DNA from: Octopus vulgaris
Lineage: Eukaryota
Assembly: GCA_951406725.2 (NCBI GenBank)
Contig: OX597817.1
Location: 135,718,001-135,782,000, forward strand
Direction of reading: 5' to 3'
Length of the DNA stretch: 64,000 nucleotides
In this document: piece by piece, positions 1 through 11,555 of the stretch
Position numbering within the stretch: the first letter of the stretch is position 1
Layout: every line of letters starts with the position of its first letter
Notes under the pieces: generated by a model
What the model was told of the DNA's origin: nothing
What the model saw: the letters and a program-made list of their open reading frames with translations, nothing else
The model's database searches: none
Made by a program: the position numbers and the translations under genes

Positions 1-215
1 GTATGTGTGTGTATGTGTGTGTGTATGTATGTATGTATGTATGTGTATGTATGTATGTATGTGTGTATGTGTGTGTGTATGTCTGTGTGTTGTGTATGTA
101 TGTATGTATGTATGTATGTATGTATGTGTGTATGTATGTATGTATATGTGTATGTATGTATGTGTGAGTGTATGTATGTATGTATGTATGTATGTATTAT
201 GTATGTGTGTATGTG
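1..215. repeat. (TATG)n/(TG)n compound microsatellite
   Basis: Direct reading; explains the MYVC-type ORFs. Confidence 0.95.
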
Positions 216-226
216 GATGGATGGAA

Positions 227-354
227 GCACTCCGTCGGTTACGACGACGAGGGTTCCGGTTGATTCGAATCAACGGAACAGCCTGCTCGTGAAATTAACG
301 TGTAAGTGGCTGAGCACTCCACAGACACGTGTACCCTTAACGTAGTTCTCGGGG
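227..354 (-). mobile_element. tRNA-derived SINE family C, 3' part
   Basis: Reverse complement of the 3' half of the copy at 45283-45652 (gtgctcagccact...cacgagcaggctgttccgttg...gacggagtgc). Confidence 0.85.
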
Positions 355-756
355 TTGGGGTAACTTTGAATGCCAAAGTTTGGGACAAGACCCTCCAGGA
401 TTTTCCAGATGTATATCACTGCATATCTCTCCCGCCTTCGCTCTAGGGAGAAGAATTTTAATACTTTCAGTCTTTCCCAGTAGCTGATATGTTGCATTGA
501 GACGATCTTCTTAGTGTAGCTTCTTTGAATTGCTTCGAGTTCTGCTGTTAGCTTTATATTGTGTGGTGATCATAGTTGGGAGCAGTAGTCCAAGCGACTG
601 AGGACGAAAGTTTTCCAAAGGACCATCAGTGTCTCCTCTCTTGTTCTGAAAGTTCGGAGAATCCATCCAGCTAGCCATCTGCATTTTATCACCAAATCAG
701 TAATATGCACTTGGAAAGATGCATCATTGATCATGTCAATGCCCAGGTTACGCACT

Positions 757-757
<1 letters not shown>
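355..757 (-). pseudogene. CR1-group LINE ORF2 C-terminal relic
   Basis: ORF peptides RNLGIDM...WILRTF...LWKTFVLSRLDYCSQL and SYWERLKVLKFFSLERRRERY match the CR1 C-terminal pattern; broken by stops. Confidence 0.85.
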
Positions 758-794
<37 letters not shown>

Positions 795-1018
795 TTATAA
801 AATGAGATAGGGGTTGAAAATTCAACCCACCATGGGATAATATATATCCAATATACTGCTAGATAGGTACCCAACAAGACTAATACATATTTACTCTTAC
901 TGTATATTTTGTATAATGCCTTTACTGATATGTAATGGTGTATTAAAGTATTGATTGGGTATCATCTGATAGTTGATGTTTTATTGATTTAAGTATGTTT
1001 CTCCATTCTCTAATTTTG

Positions 1019-1082
<64 letters not shown>

Positions 1083-1162
1083 AATTGCAGCGTGGGAGGT
1101 GTTTATAAGCCATTTAAGAAACACACAAAAGCCGTTCGATTCACTCCAACATTTAAGTTTAA

Positions 1163-1212
1163 TTTGTCAAAATATTTTCGTCGCTAAAATCCGCGACCTG
1201 TTCACTGACAAA
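1163..1212 (-). ncRNA. Mirror copy of the G3-C8 variant hammerhead in the left arm
   Basis: Exact reverse complement of 1445-1494. Confidence 0.7.
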
Positions 1213-1444
1213 GTCCGTGCTGCATCTAAGAAAGTAACAGTTAGTTCGTCATATATATGTATGTACGTATGTATGTGTGTATGTATGCATACATGTGTGT
1301 ATGTATGTACGTATTCATGTCCGTATTCATGTGCGGACATGAATACGTACATACATACACACATGTATGCATACATACACACATACATACGTACATACAT
1401 ATATATGACGAACTAACTGTTACTTTCTTAGATGCAGCACGGAC

Positions 1445-1494
1445 TTTGTCAGTGAACAGGTCGCGGATTTTAGCGACGAAAATATTTTGACAAA
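1445..1494 (+). ncRNA. Type-I minimal hammerhead ribozyme, G3-C8 core variant
   Basis: TTTGTCA [GTGAACA] G GTCGC-ggatttta-GCGAC GAAA ATAT TT TGACAAA: 7-bp stem I, 5-bp stem II, palindromic stem III. Confidence 0.7.
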
Positions 1495-1669
1495 TTAAAC
1501 TTAAATGTTGGAGTGAATCGAACGGCTTTTGTGTGTTTCTTAAATGGCTTATAAACACCTCCCACGCTGCAATTGTTTTCGTTTCAGCACACGATCTCAG
1601 ATCAAATTACTTGCTATGCGAGTACATCTCCGTAATATATATATATACCCTTTTAGAGAATTATTATTG

Positions 1670-1720
<51 letters not shown>

Positions 1721-1729
1721 TACAAAGTA

Positions 1730-2014
1730 ATGTGTATGTATGTATGTATGTATGTATGTATGTATGTATGTATGTATGTATGTATGTATGTATGTATGTA
1801 TGTATGTGTGTGTGTGTATGTATGTGTGTATGTATGTATGTATGTATGTACGTATGTATGTATGTATGTATGTGTGTGTTTGTGTATATGTATGTATGTG
1901 TGTGTGAATGTATGTATGTATGTATGTATGTATGTATGTATGTATGTATGTACATATGTATGTGTGTATGTGTGTGTGTGTATGTGTATGTATGTATGTA
2001 TGTATATATGTATA
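1730..2014. repeat. (TATG)n microsatellite
   Basis: Direct reading. Confidence 0.95.
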
Positions 2015-3175
2015 TATTGGATCATCCCATAACTAATGCGGTCTTTTTAAATACTTCTTTTATTTTTCAAAATTAAGATAAACAGAGTTCTTTTTTTAAT
2101 CTAAAATATACTCCCCTTCATTTTCTACAATACTCTTCCATCTATCTATCTGGTAGACTTACAAGGGCCCTTTTCTAAGAATCGCCTGTCGGTGACGAAA
2201 AACACTTCTCCAGTACTGTTCTGATCTCGTCTACAAAATTCATATTTTTGTCGTCCAAATGATTTTGAAGACTGCGGAATAAATGATAATCAGATGGGGC
2301 AATATCCGGCGAATATGGTGGGTGAGACATAGTTTCCCATTCAAACTGCTCCAATCATTGGAATGTCATCCTCGCCTTATGTGGCCAAGCATTATCCTGA
2401 TGGAAGAACACCTTATGTCTTGAAACCAAAGATGGTCATTTTCCTTCTAATGTTGACTAAAGCCACTCAAGCTGCTCGCAGTAGATCTCCTTTGTTATCG
2501 TTTGGTTTGGGTTTAAAAGTTCAAAGTGGACTAAACTGTTCACAACCCACCAAACAGATAACAACACCTTATGTAGGTGAAGACCTTCTTTAGCCTGGGG
2601 TGCCAGTGTTTCTCTTCTCCCTTTCTTTGGTGCTTGACATTTTTAAAGAGTACCCATTTCTTGTCACCAGTCACTATTCATTCGGTCGAAAAAAAGTTCA
2701 TCCGTGAAACGTGACAGCAAAAAGTACACACTCGCTTTCTGCGCGCGATTAAATTTGGAAAGTTTGTGAGGAACCCATTGACCCAATTAGCTGACTAATC
2801 CGATGGCACGCAGGTGTCGATGAATGGTTGAATGACCGAATCCAAGATTCTCTGCTAGTTCCTCAACAGTTACAATGGGATTTTTTCCCACCAGGGTTTG
2901 CAGGACGTTCTCATCGAGCTCTACAAACCTTCCAGGCTGTAGTTTCCAGCTCGGAATTTCTAGAACTAACGTTGACACTGGCTTATGCTTATTGTCTGAT
3001 CCCCATATACTGCATTAATATTCCTTGCACTTTCCATTGCATTGTTGCCTTTATGGAACTCATAAAGTAAAATATGCCGAATGTGCACCTTTGCCGCTTC
3101 CATTATAGCTTTGAAAAAATAACTGTTAAAATCGAACTGCACTCTTCAAAAGTTGCACTAAGAATAAGGTAAAAT
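2015..3175 (-). mobile_element. Mariner transposon relic with one TIR
   Basis: Minus-strand peptides: HTH region TVEELAENLGFGHSTIHRHL, WVPHKL, VTGDKKW, and HPPYSPDIAPSDYHLF (YSPDLAP motif); TIR-like end tattggatcatcccataactaatgcgg at 2015. Confidence 0.9.
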
Positions 3176-3734
3176 TTTAAATCCCCCACAAGGGGCCGAC
3201 ATAGAGGGGACAATACGAAAACATGTAGGGACACATAACACGAGAAAATAAAGTTAAAAGTAAAATTAAAAATATGGTAACATGAATGATACATGAAAAT
3301 GAAACATGAAAATGAGCTGCTTGCCCCACCTCTAGCAGCAACACTTACTTCCTTCTGAATCCCGAGTCCATCAAAACGTCCAATCTGAATTTTTCTCTCA
3401 GTTCCTCATATCCTGCTTTTACCGGAATCCTTTTCAGGTTCGCATCAATCTTCCAATTCTTATAACCTTTTTTTATATATTTTGCAATCGCTTGCTTCTG
3501 GCTCTGAGACACCAGCACACACATGTGCCAACCCACAACATTCGTCTATCCCTCCACATCCACAAATTTTGCTGTCTTCCACCTTGTCACCTCATTAATT
3601 AGTTCCTCGTCTACATCTTCTGTTAACACACATACATAACAATTTTCACAGGGGTGGGGGATTTCGTGTATCTTGTGACGTATGTTTCTCTCTCTTTTAA
3701 CACTAAGTTTTAACGTTGTAGTGTAACGTGTGAT

Positions 3735-4399
3735 CGTCGCATTGACCACGACAGAGAAAGTTGTCAAGGCTACGCAGAGTTGCCGAAAGTGTGTGGTGAG
3801 TAGTGCACGAGCTGTTCACGAATATTCAGACATTTCCAAAATGGCCGAAAAATGTCGATACTGTCGAACGTCTGAGAGACCCGCAACCAACAGAACTGAG
3901 AAAAACATCGCTGATGTACGTGTAACTGTGAGGGGAAATCGTCGAATCACGATCAGTGAGTTATCAGAGGATGTGCAGATTAGGTACAGTTCAGTTCAGT
4001 CCATTATCACTGAAGATTTGGGTATGAGACGCTTGTCTGCCAAGTTTGTACTAAAAACTGCTTTCAGCTGAACAAAAAGACACTCGGGTTTCAGTTGGAC
4101 AAAATCTCCTTGATTGTGTTGAGAACTATGAAAACTTTTTGAAAACTTTGCGCAGACCCCTGAACAGGTATCGCCAAAATTTTGGGAAAATTTGATGCAG
4201 ATTCTCTGCTCAACTCTCCGTCATGGTCAATGCGACGATCACACGCTACACACCTTACTTCCAAGCACTGCTGTAAATAGTGGAAGCGAGCTAGAACGCC
4301 AGAGTTTAAGTTCAATATGTGTCAAGCGGCTTTACACTGCGTGCTTTAGCTTCGTTACTATGGCAACAGTCCGGATACTTATTGATTAAACCACGTATA
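3735..4399 (+). mobile_element. Second mariner relic, internally deleted
   Basis: RPATNRTEKNIADVRVTVRGNRRITISELSEDV...IITEDLGMRRLSAKFV is a mariner N-terminal HTH; TIR-like end cggatacttattgattaaaccacgta. Confidence 0.8.
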
Positions 4400-4474
4400 T
4401 ATGTGTGTATACATACATACATACATACATACATACATACATACATACGTACGTACGTACGTACGTATGTGTGT

Positions 4475-4532
<58 letters not shown>

Positions 4533-4589
4533 ATAGCGAGCAGCTAGCAACTTGTCGAACTTCTCCCTAAGCTTCCACAAGAAACAATG

Positions 4590-5055
4590 TTGGACAGCAT
4601 CCATGCCTTACCTGGATGTACGATCCATGCATACTCGAATACCATCGGCTGAGGCCATACGAACCATCAAAGAACGCCTAAAAAGGGGCCAGAAGCTGGC
4701 AGTTGACTTCCCACTAGCCAACCTCAGATCCCCCCTTGAATTCTGTACTGTCAACACCTATTTCAGGTAAAAAACAAAAAACATCAGGTACCGAGAGCGC
4801 AATTGCCTCCCAAAGGGATCTAAACTTTGTGGGATTCTGGCCACTCTTACTTTGGACTAGAATGCAAGGCCCTCCATGAAGAACTGCACATCATGCTGCA
4901 TTGAAGATGCATTGCTGACGCCTTTGTACTAACCCGCTCCAGAGATGAAGCCATTAGGATCCACGAAATCTTCACCAGCATCCACAACGACATCAAATTT
5001 CACTTTGAACACCAAACCATGGCTGGCTCACTAAAACTATTAGAATTCAGTGTTT
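4590..5055 (+). pseudogene. Penelope-like element reverse transcriptase relic
   Basis: LDVRSMHTRIP...LEFCTVNTYF, YRERNCLPKGSKLCGILATL (Q..GLPMGS.LS motif), RCIADAF (decayed RYVDD), IHNDIKFHFEH...LKLLEFSV. Confidence 0.85.
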
Positions 5056-6964
5056 CCAAGCTCTTCTGTCAGCTTTGGAGCGGTTTCTACGTTTGGATTT
5101 CCTTCCTAATGCCAATCACTTTACAGAGTATCCTGGGTACTTATTACATGGCACCAGTATATATTTGTAGCGATTCTTGCAACGCATGAAGTTGATTCGA
5201 TCAACCATAGCCAAATTTAAATTAACACTGCAACAGAACTTTTCCCACGATGGAACAATGGTTTTTCCCTGACAGCAGTTTTACATTTTCCAGATGCCTT
5301 TAGCTGGACCGAAATAATGTTGTCACTACTTGACCCTTCACCAAAAGCTAGAATAGATAACAAGACTACCAACTAAATCTATTGTTCTCAATGATATATC
5401 TATCCTTCTGGATCTTTATATAAGCAAGCACACTCCAAGCAAAAATCAGTTAGTCTCTAGCTCTTACAACGTCATTCTATCTCTCTCGGTAATTACTACT
5501 ACTAAACAATGAAGAGAACCCAAGCTCAAACATTCTACCGCATCTAACTTCGCATGCTTTTGGATTTATTATTAATCTGTTCGCCGAGGCAAGGTATTTG
5601 TAACGTAACGGTAAATAAATATATCCTTAAAACTTCATCCATTGTTCTATCTTACACATTTTACAACTTGACGTTTTAATAACAAGCTTTTATCGTCACA
5701 ACTGCTGACTTCGACATCAACATATATAAAATTATGTTTACAAATCAATCTAAAACCGTTACAATTGGTAACCACATCAAAATAAAATATTTCCGTTACA
5801 TATTCATTCGTAATAAGTTCTGTCAGATTTGAGGAATGAACATGTTAGTCGCTGTTGCATTTCGAAAATATTTGGAGTAATTTCTCCGTTCATACAAATA
5901 TTGACAAAACACTCGATTCATTGACATAGGGAAACTTAGGGACAGCAGTGTTTCGAACTGGTTATTCCTCTTCAGTGAAAGCTACTCTCAGATCAACGAA
6001 GCTAAATGAGAATGGCTGTTCTTGTTTGTAGAATTCACCAAGGAAAATATATACAGATTTTTGCTGATGTCTATGAAATCGGTAATAAATTATCAATTCC
6101 ATTTAAAACAGCAAAATCTTGATAACCCAACGACGCCAAATTTTGTCCATTTTCAAGAGAAGTCGATACTAGTTACTTTTGAAGTCTTCTTTGAACAGTC
6201 AGATGTCAGTTTACCGGGAAAGAAACAATGCAGTTATTAATAAGAGGATCTGAAATGAATGCACGCAAGACTTCACAGCTGTAGCATCACTCCTTCGTAG
6301 TTTGCCGGTGAATTTCACAGCCCACCCTCGTAGAGTTGCATGTCAAGACATGCGCCTATATACTTAAATACAAAACTTCAAGCAAGTTTTATTTCTTTTG
6401 ACAGTTTCATTGATGACTTGAATCTATAAGCTTTTAATAAGCTTCCTCCCTTCTAGTTTTGAGAAGCCTAATTTCTCAAGATTGGTATTTAGGCAGTACC
6501 CTCAATAATTACATATATTAATGAATTTGTAATCTGGGTAGAGTAACTGTATGTATGTATGTATGTATGTATGTATGTATGTATGTATGTATGTATGTAT
6601 GTATGTATGTATGCTTCTATATACATCGTACATACATTATGTTGTACATATAAGATTTCGTATTCAGATAATCGTATATTCCCAAAGGTATCAATCGAGT
6701 TCAAGGGAGAGAACTCTTACATGTTCATACCTAGTTTTGTGTGATTGAATAGTTATTTCCCTTTGACAATTAAAATTAAAATTGATATTAACGAAAGAGA
6801 GAGAAAAGGAAAGAAAGAGCGAAATAGTGAATGATTTTTGTTAAACTATAATTAATTCGGCATACATTTTCTGAGGCTAATTTCCCAGTTTTGCCGCTGA
6901 TAACATAAATGGATGCACATCACTCTCTTTCTCCGTTACACCGTGTCCGTCGCCTACTCACGTC

Positions 6965-7320
6965 GTATATTTATTTTTTTATTGCCCACAGGGGGCTAAA
7001 CATAGAGAGGACAAACAAGGACAGACAAATGGTTTAAGTCGATTACATCGACCCCAGTGCGTAACTATTACTTAATTTATCGACCCCGAAAGGATGAAAG
7101 GCAAAGTCAACCTCGGTGGAATTTGAACTCAGAACATAAAGACAGACGAAATACCTATTTCTTTACTACCCACAAGAGGCTGAACACAGAGGACAAACAA
7201 GGACAGACAAACGGATTAAGTCGATTATATCGACCCCAGTGCGTAACTGGTACTTATTTAATCGACCCCGAAAGGATGAAAGGCAAAGTCGACTTCGGCG
7301 GAGTTTGAACTCAGAACGTC
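6965..7320 (-). mobile_element. tRNA-derived SINE family A, dimer
   Basis: Two copies of core gcctttcatcctttcggggtcgat (resembles a Meta/MESC-type SINE central domain) and B-box-like gagttcaaa. Confidence 0.9.
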
Positions 7321-7619
7321 GTATATTGAAGTCGTCAACGGTTTGTTACTTTAGCTTCAGTCCTGATACAGCAGATCCACAACTTAATATTTTTTCAATA
7401 ATGACACTCCTGATTTTTTAATTTTTATTCTGTACATCTAGAACTATGAGATCTTATGGGTACCCTTCCCTCTTAAATCTCTAGAGTATAACTTGAACAA
7501 TATCGTTTCGAACGGGTCCAGGGATTGCAGAGCCTTTCCCACATTCATCCAAATCCAATGTCTTTAGGAAGCTTACTCAGTGTTTTTCTTTTTTTTTATA
7601 TAAACTATTTTCGCGGTAG

Positions 7620-7772
7620 TTGGCGCATGCGCGGCTGTGATGTAAGAAGCTTCCTTCCCAACCACATGGTTCCGGGTTCAGTTCCACTGCATGCCACCTT
7701 GGGCAAGTGTCTTCTATTATAGCTTCGGGCCGACGACTGGATTTGGAAAAAGGAAACAGAAAGAAACTCATC

Positions 7773-7775
<3 letters not shown>
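7620..7775 (+). mobile_element. SINE family B (CORE-type), 5' part
   Basis: tRNA-like head with ggttcagttcc B box and CORE-like ccttgggcaagt. Confidence 0.85.
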
Positions 7776-7869
<94 letters not shown>

Positions 7870-7879
7870 CATATATGGA

Positions 7880-7985
7880 TACGACGGGCTGCTTTTAGTT
7901 TCCGCCTACCAAATCCACTCACAAGGCTTTGGTCGGCCAGAGGCTATAGTAAAAGACACTTGCCCAAGGTGCCACGCAGTGGTTC
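7880..7985 (-). mobile_element. SINE family B fragment
   Basis: Reverse complement of the family B body (acttgcccaaggtgccacgcagtgg). Confidence 0.85.
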
Positions 7986-8033
7986 TGAAGGCGGAACCAT
8001 CAAAGGTTCTCAAACATTTATCATATACATACG

Positions 8034-8335
8034 AAGGCGCGTGGCTTAGTGGTTAGGGTGTTGTACTCACGATTCCGAGATCGTAGGTTCGATTCTCAGA
8101 CCGGGCGTTGCATTTTTTTCTTGAGCAAAGCACTTCATTTCACGCTGCTCTGCGATCATTTCATCACCTGACATGTGGCACCTGTTACACCTGTACAGGT
8201 ATGGTCGACTTGATGGAGGGAGTGAGCTTATGTCTACACAAATATTTGATCATTATAAACAAATCATCTGTGTGGCTGTTAGGTAAGAAATTGCTGTACC
8301 CTCATACGTCGTCTAACGAGGGGAGAGTCCATGAT
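8034..8335 (+). mobile_element. tRNA-derived SINE family D
   Basis: A box tggcttagtgg, B box ggttcgattc, CORE-like cttgagcaaagcactt. Confidence 0.7.
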
Positions 8336-8364
8336 ACACACACACAACAAATATGTATATATAT

Positions 8365-8595
8365 CTGTGTGTGTGTATGTTTTTGTGTTTGTATTTGCCT
8401 ACAACCCACCTCTTAACAGCCAGTGTTACGTTGTTTATATCTCCGTAACTTAGCGTTTCGGCTATAAGACACTGATACAGCAAGTATCAGGTTAAAAACA
8501 AGGTACTGGGGTCGATTCCTTCGACTGAAGACTCTTAAAGGTGCTGCCCCAACATGGTCACAGTCTAATGTCTGAAACAAGATAAAATATAAACG
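8365..8595 (+). mobile_element. SINE family B, 3' part (diverged)
   Basis: cgtaacttagcg...ggggtcgat...catggtcacagtctaatgtctgaaacaag. Confidence 0.75.
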
Positions 8596-8919
8596 TATTG
8601 AAACCCTTGTATCTCCAGCATTAGAAGAATCTTTAAAATGCTTCTATTTTAGAAAATTTTAATCATCGTAACCATCTTTAAAATTTTAATTTCTATTTTA
8701 AACATTTGAATTAGTAGTTTTATCTCAAACATTGAAAATAGCTTTGTTTCTTTTGTAAACGTTAGAGACATTTAAACACAAGCTTCATTGAGTTTCATCT
8801 TGTATTTGTAAATAAATATTTTTGAAGAGTTTTCTGTTTCTTTTAAATGTTAAAAAAACAACAACTTTAAATGTCCTTTTTTTCCTATCGTAAAGAAGGA
8901 TAATTAAACGTTTTTGACA

Positions 8920-9120
8920 TAGTTTCTACAGCCGGATGCTCTTCCTAATGGCAAACACTTTTCTAGTACGCTCTATAATGGGTATCAAGCTATAGCAACT
9001 ATGCCAAAACAGGTGACTGGAGCCTGGTGCGGCTCTCCAGCCTTGCCAGCTCCTGTGAAACCGTCCAGCCCATGCAAGCATGGAAAGCGGACGTTAAATG
9101 ATGATGATGGTGATGATGAA
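8920..9120 (+). mobile_element. Short repeat with RTE-like 3' tail ending in (GAT)n
   Basis: agcatggaaagcggacgttaaatgatgatgatg; the 5' part is related to 5075-5160. Confidence 0.55.
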
Positions 9121-9354
9121 ATATCACACAAAATACCATGTTTGTTTCTGCTCTTTTATATTCCGTGTTCAAGTCTGGCCAACTTTCCTGTAATTGTACA
9201 ATATTGGAGTCGATGTAATCGATATGATCGGTATAATCGATCAACTCCTCTCCTAAAATTTCTGGTTTTGTATAATTTTGTATAATTCTGGTTTTATAAT
9301 TTCTATCCAAGAAATTATAAAATAAAATAAAAATTATTGTTATTTCCATGCAGA

Positions 9355-9745
9355 AGGCGGCCAGCTGGCAGAGTCGTTAGCACGCCGAGCGAAATGCTGA
9401 GCGGTATTTCGTCTGCCGTTACGTTCTGAGTTCAAATTCCGCCGAGGTCGACTTTGTCTTTCATCCTTTCGGGGTCGATAAATTAAGGACCAGTTACGCA
9501 CTGGGGTTGATATAAACGAATTAATCCGTTTGTCTGTCCTCTCTGTGTTTAGCCCCTTGTGGGTAGTAAAGAAATAGGTATTTCGTCTTTCTTTACGTTC
9601 TGAGTTCAAATTCCACCGAGATCAACTTTGTCTATCATCCTTATTATCGATAAATTAAGTACCAGTTGAATACTGGGGTCGATGTGATCGACTGTCTCCC
9701 TCCTCACAAAATCCAGGCCATGTGCCTGTAGTAGAAAGGATTATT
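9355..9745 (+). mobile_element. SINE family A, dimer with full tRNA head
   Basis: Head ggcggccagctggcagagtcgttagcacgcc, two cores, two different tails. Confidence 0.9.
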
Positions 9746-9855
9746 ATAACCGAGCAGGCTTAAAATCAAATCTGAACGTATGAAGAGCTTCTCATACAGT
9801 AAAGACGGCAGTCAGCATGCATTTCTTGTCTCTATGTAACTGATTTTGAACGAGT

Positions 9856-10068
9856 ACTCTTTTACTCTTTTTACTCTTTTACTTGTTTCAGTCATTTGAC
9901 TGCGGCCATGCTGGAGCACCGCCTTTAGTCGAGCAACTCGACCCCGGGACTTATTCTTTTTGTAAGCCCAGTACTTATTCTATCGGTCTCTTTTGCCGAA
10001 CCGCTAAGTGACGGGGACGTAAACACACCAGCATCGGTTGTCAAGCAATGCTAGGGGGACAAACATAG

Positions 10069-10107
<39 letters not shown>

Positions 10108-10270
10108 CATATATACGACAGGCTTCTTTCAGTTTCCGTCTACCAAATCCACTCACAAGGCATTGGTCGGCCCTGGGCTATAGCAGAAGACACTTGCCCA
10201 AGATGCCACGCAGTGGGACTGAACCCGTAACCATGTGGTTGGTAAGCAAGCTACTTACCACACAGCCACA
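9856..10270 (-). mobile_element. SINE family B, near full length with internal microsatellite
   Basis: Very similar to 55378-55795; tail (TAAAAGAG)n. Confidence 0.9.
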
Positions 10271-10564
10271 AGCATTAAATATGTCTTTATATTACTTCAT
10301 TTCTAAGCATTAAACGTTGTTTTGAATTTAATTTCTTTTTCATTCTTAATAATTATACTGTTTAACAAAATTTTGATTTTTTTTTGTTATTGGTCAGTAA
10401 CAGTTATTTCCTAATTGTTCCCATCTAGAAATCAAAGGAAATGGCTACTTAATCCTTTCAAACTTTACTTTTGTCTCCTGGACATCAATGTTTTGAAACT
10501 GACCTATTTCCCATTACACTTCAGACAGATTCAGCGCTGAGTTGCTGAAGCAGAAATATCGTTA

Positions 10565-10725
10565 TAACAAATACCACAGATTTACTTGTCAGTTGTTTGA
10601 CCATAACCAGTTGAGCATGTTCTTTGGTGGCTGACGCCATGTGCATCTCTGATAATGAGCAGAAGTTGGTGGGGGAACATCATAGCCATGTGTTGAGAGG
10701 GATTCTTTGGGGTTTGAACAAATGT
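10565..10725 (+). mobile_element. Repeat family E fragment
   Basis: Matches about 59020-59170 (ataccacagattt...ttgtcagttgtttgacc...catagccatgtgttgagag). Confidence 0.8.
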
Positions 10726-10837
10726 AAATTTTGAAAGAAATATTAACCATTTTTCATACTTTCTAGGGGTCAGCAAATAGGAAATAATAGTTGGTAGCCA
10801 AGGACTAAAATCGTGAAAATATGTTCAGTCATATATC

Positions 10838-11195
10838 TGTGGCACTCCGTCGTTTGCGACGACGAGGGTTCCAGTTGATCCAATCAACTGGAACAGCCTG
10901 CTCGTGAAATTAACGTACAAGTGGCTGAGCACTCCACAGACACGTGCACCGTGAGATTCAGTGTGACAAGGCTGGCCCTTTTGAAATACAGGTACAACAG
11001 CAATAGGAAGAAAGAGTGAGAGAAAGTTGTGGTGAAAGAGTACAGTAGGGTTCGCCACTGCACCCTGCCGGAGACTCGTAGAGCTGTAGGTGTTTTCGCT
11101 CAATAAACACTGACAACGCCCAGTCTGGGAATCGAAACCACGATCCTACGACCGCGAGTCCGCTGCCCAAACCACTGGGCCATTGCGCTTCCACC
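10838..11195 (-). mobile_element. SINE family C, full length
   Basis: tRNA head (tggcccagtgg A box, gtttcgattccc B box) on the minus strand. Confidence 0.9.
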
Positions 11196-11389
11196 TTATG
11201 ATATATCAACAATTATATACATGTACGTACAGCTTAGAAAACTATTTATCCCAGAGTGACTGGATATCAGGTGAAGAAGTCCTAACAGAATCAAAACCGT
11301 CCCAAGATGCTAAGGAAAGTAAATCCCACCTCCTATCAAACCTCCCTCATGTATAGTTATGAAAATTTATCCTTAGAGCTACCCTACCC

Positions 11390-11555
11390 TGTGGTTATGG
11401 CAGCAGACTCGCGGTCGTAGGATCGTGGTTTCAACTCCCAGACTGGGCGTTGTGAGTGTTTATTGAGCGAAAACACCTACAGCTCTACGAGGCTCCGGCA
11501 CGGGTTGGTGGCGAACCCTGCTGTACTCTTTCACTACAACTTTCTCTCACTCTGA
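11390..11555 (+). mobile_element. SINE family C, 5' part
   Basis: gactcgcggtcgtaggatcgtggtttcaactcccagactgggcg. Confidence 0.85.

Larger units (their letters stand above)
1079..1635. mobile_element. Fold-back element: 245-bp inverted arms (1079-1323/1334-1578), 10-nt loop, about 55-bp one-sided tail, between (TA)n tracts
   Basis: Arms are reverse complements; the ORF track shows identical 75-aa N-termini on both strands (1099+ and 1558-). Confidence 0.9.

Noticed and set aside
5-345. Long ORFs rich in MYVC/YI/HT/poly-I/L/M/P throughout the window (for example 24115, 34152, 39583, 47622, 48650)
   Set aside because: Translations of stop-free microsatellites; no protein-like complexity
597-612. 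CTGAGGA-C-GAAA hammerhead-like string
   Set aside because: No room for stem II; lies antisense within CR1 coding sequence
3300-3730. Minus-strand ORFs (3345-3536, 3546-3767) that might be a LINE ORF1 or host exon
   Set aside because: No recognisable motif and interrupted by a stop; cannot be assigned without a database search
5935-5980. Minus-strand CTGAAGA G GAAT/GTTC GAAA CA..TG TC
   Set aside because: Core, stem II and stem III are plausible but stem I does not pair next to the core; not counted as an HHR
6965-7320. Repeated units resembling a CRISPR array or tRNA genes
   Set aside because: They are SINE multimers; the heads lack a complete cloverleaf, and there are no unique spacers or cas genes
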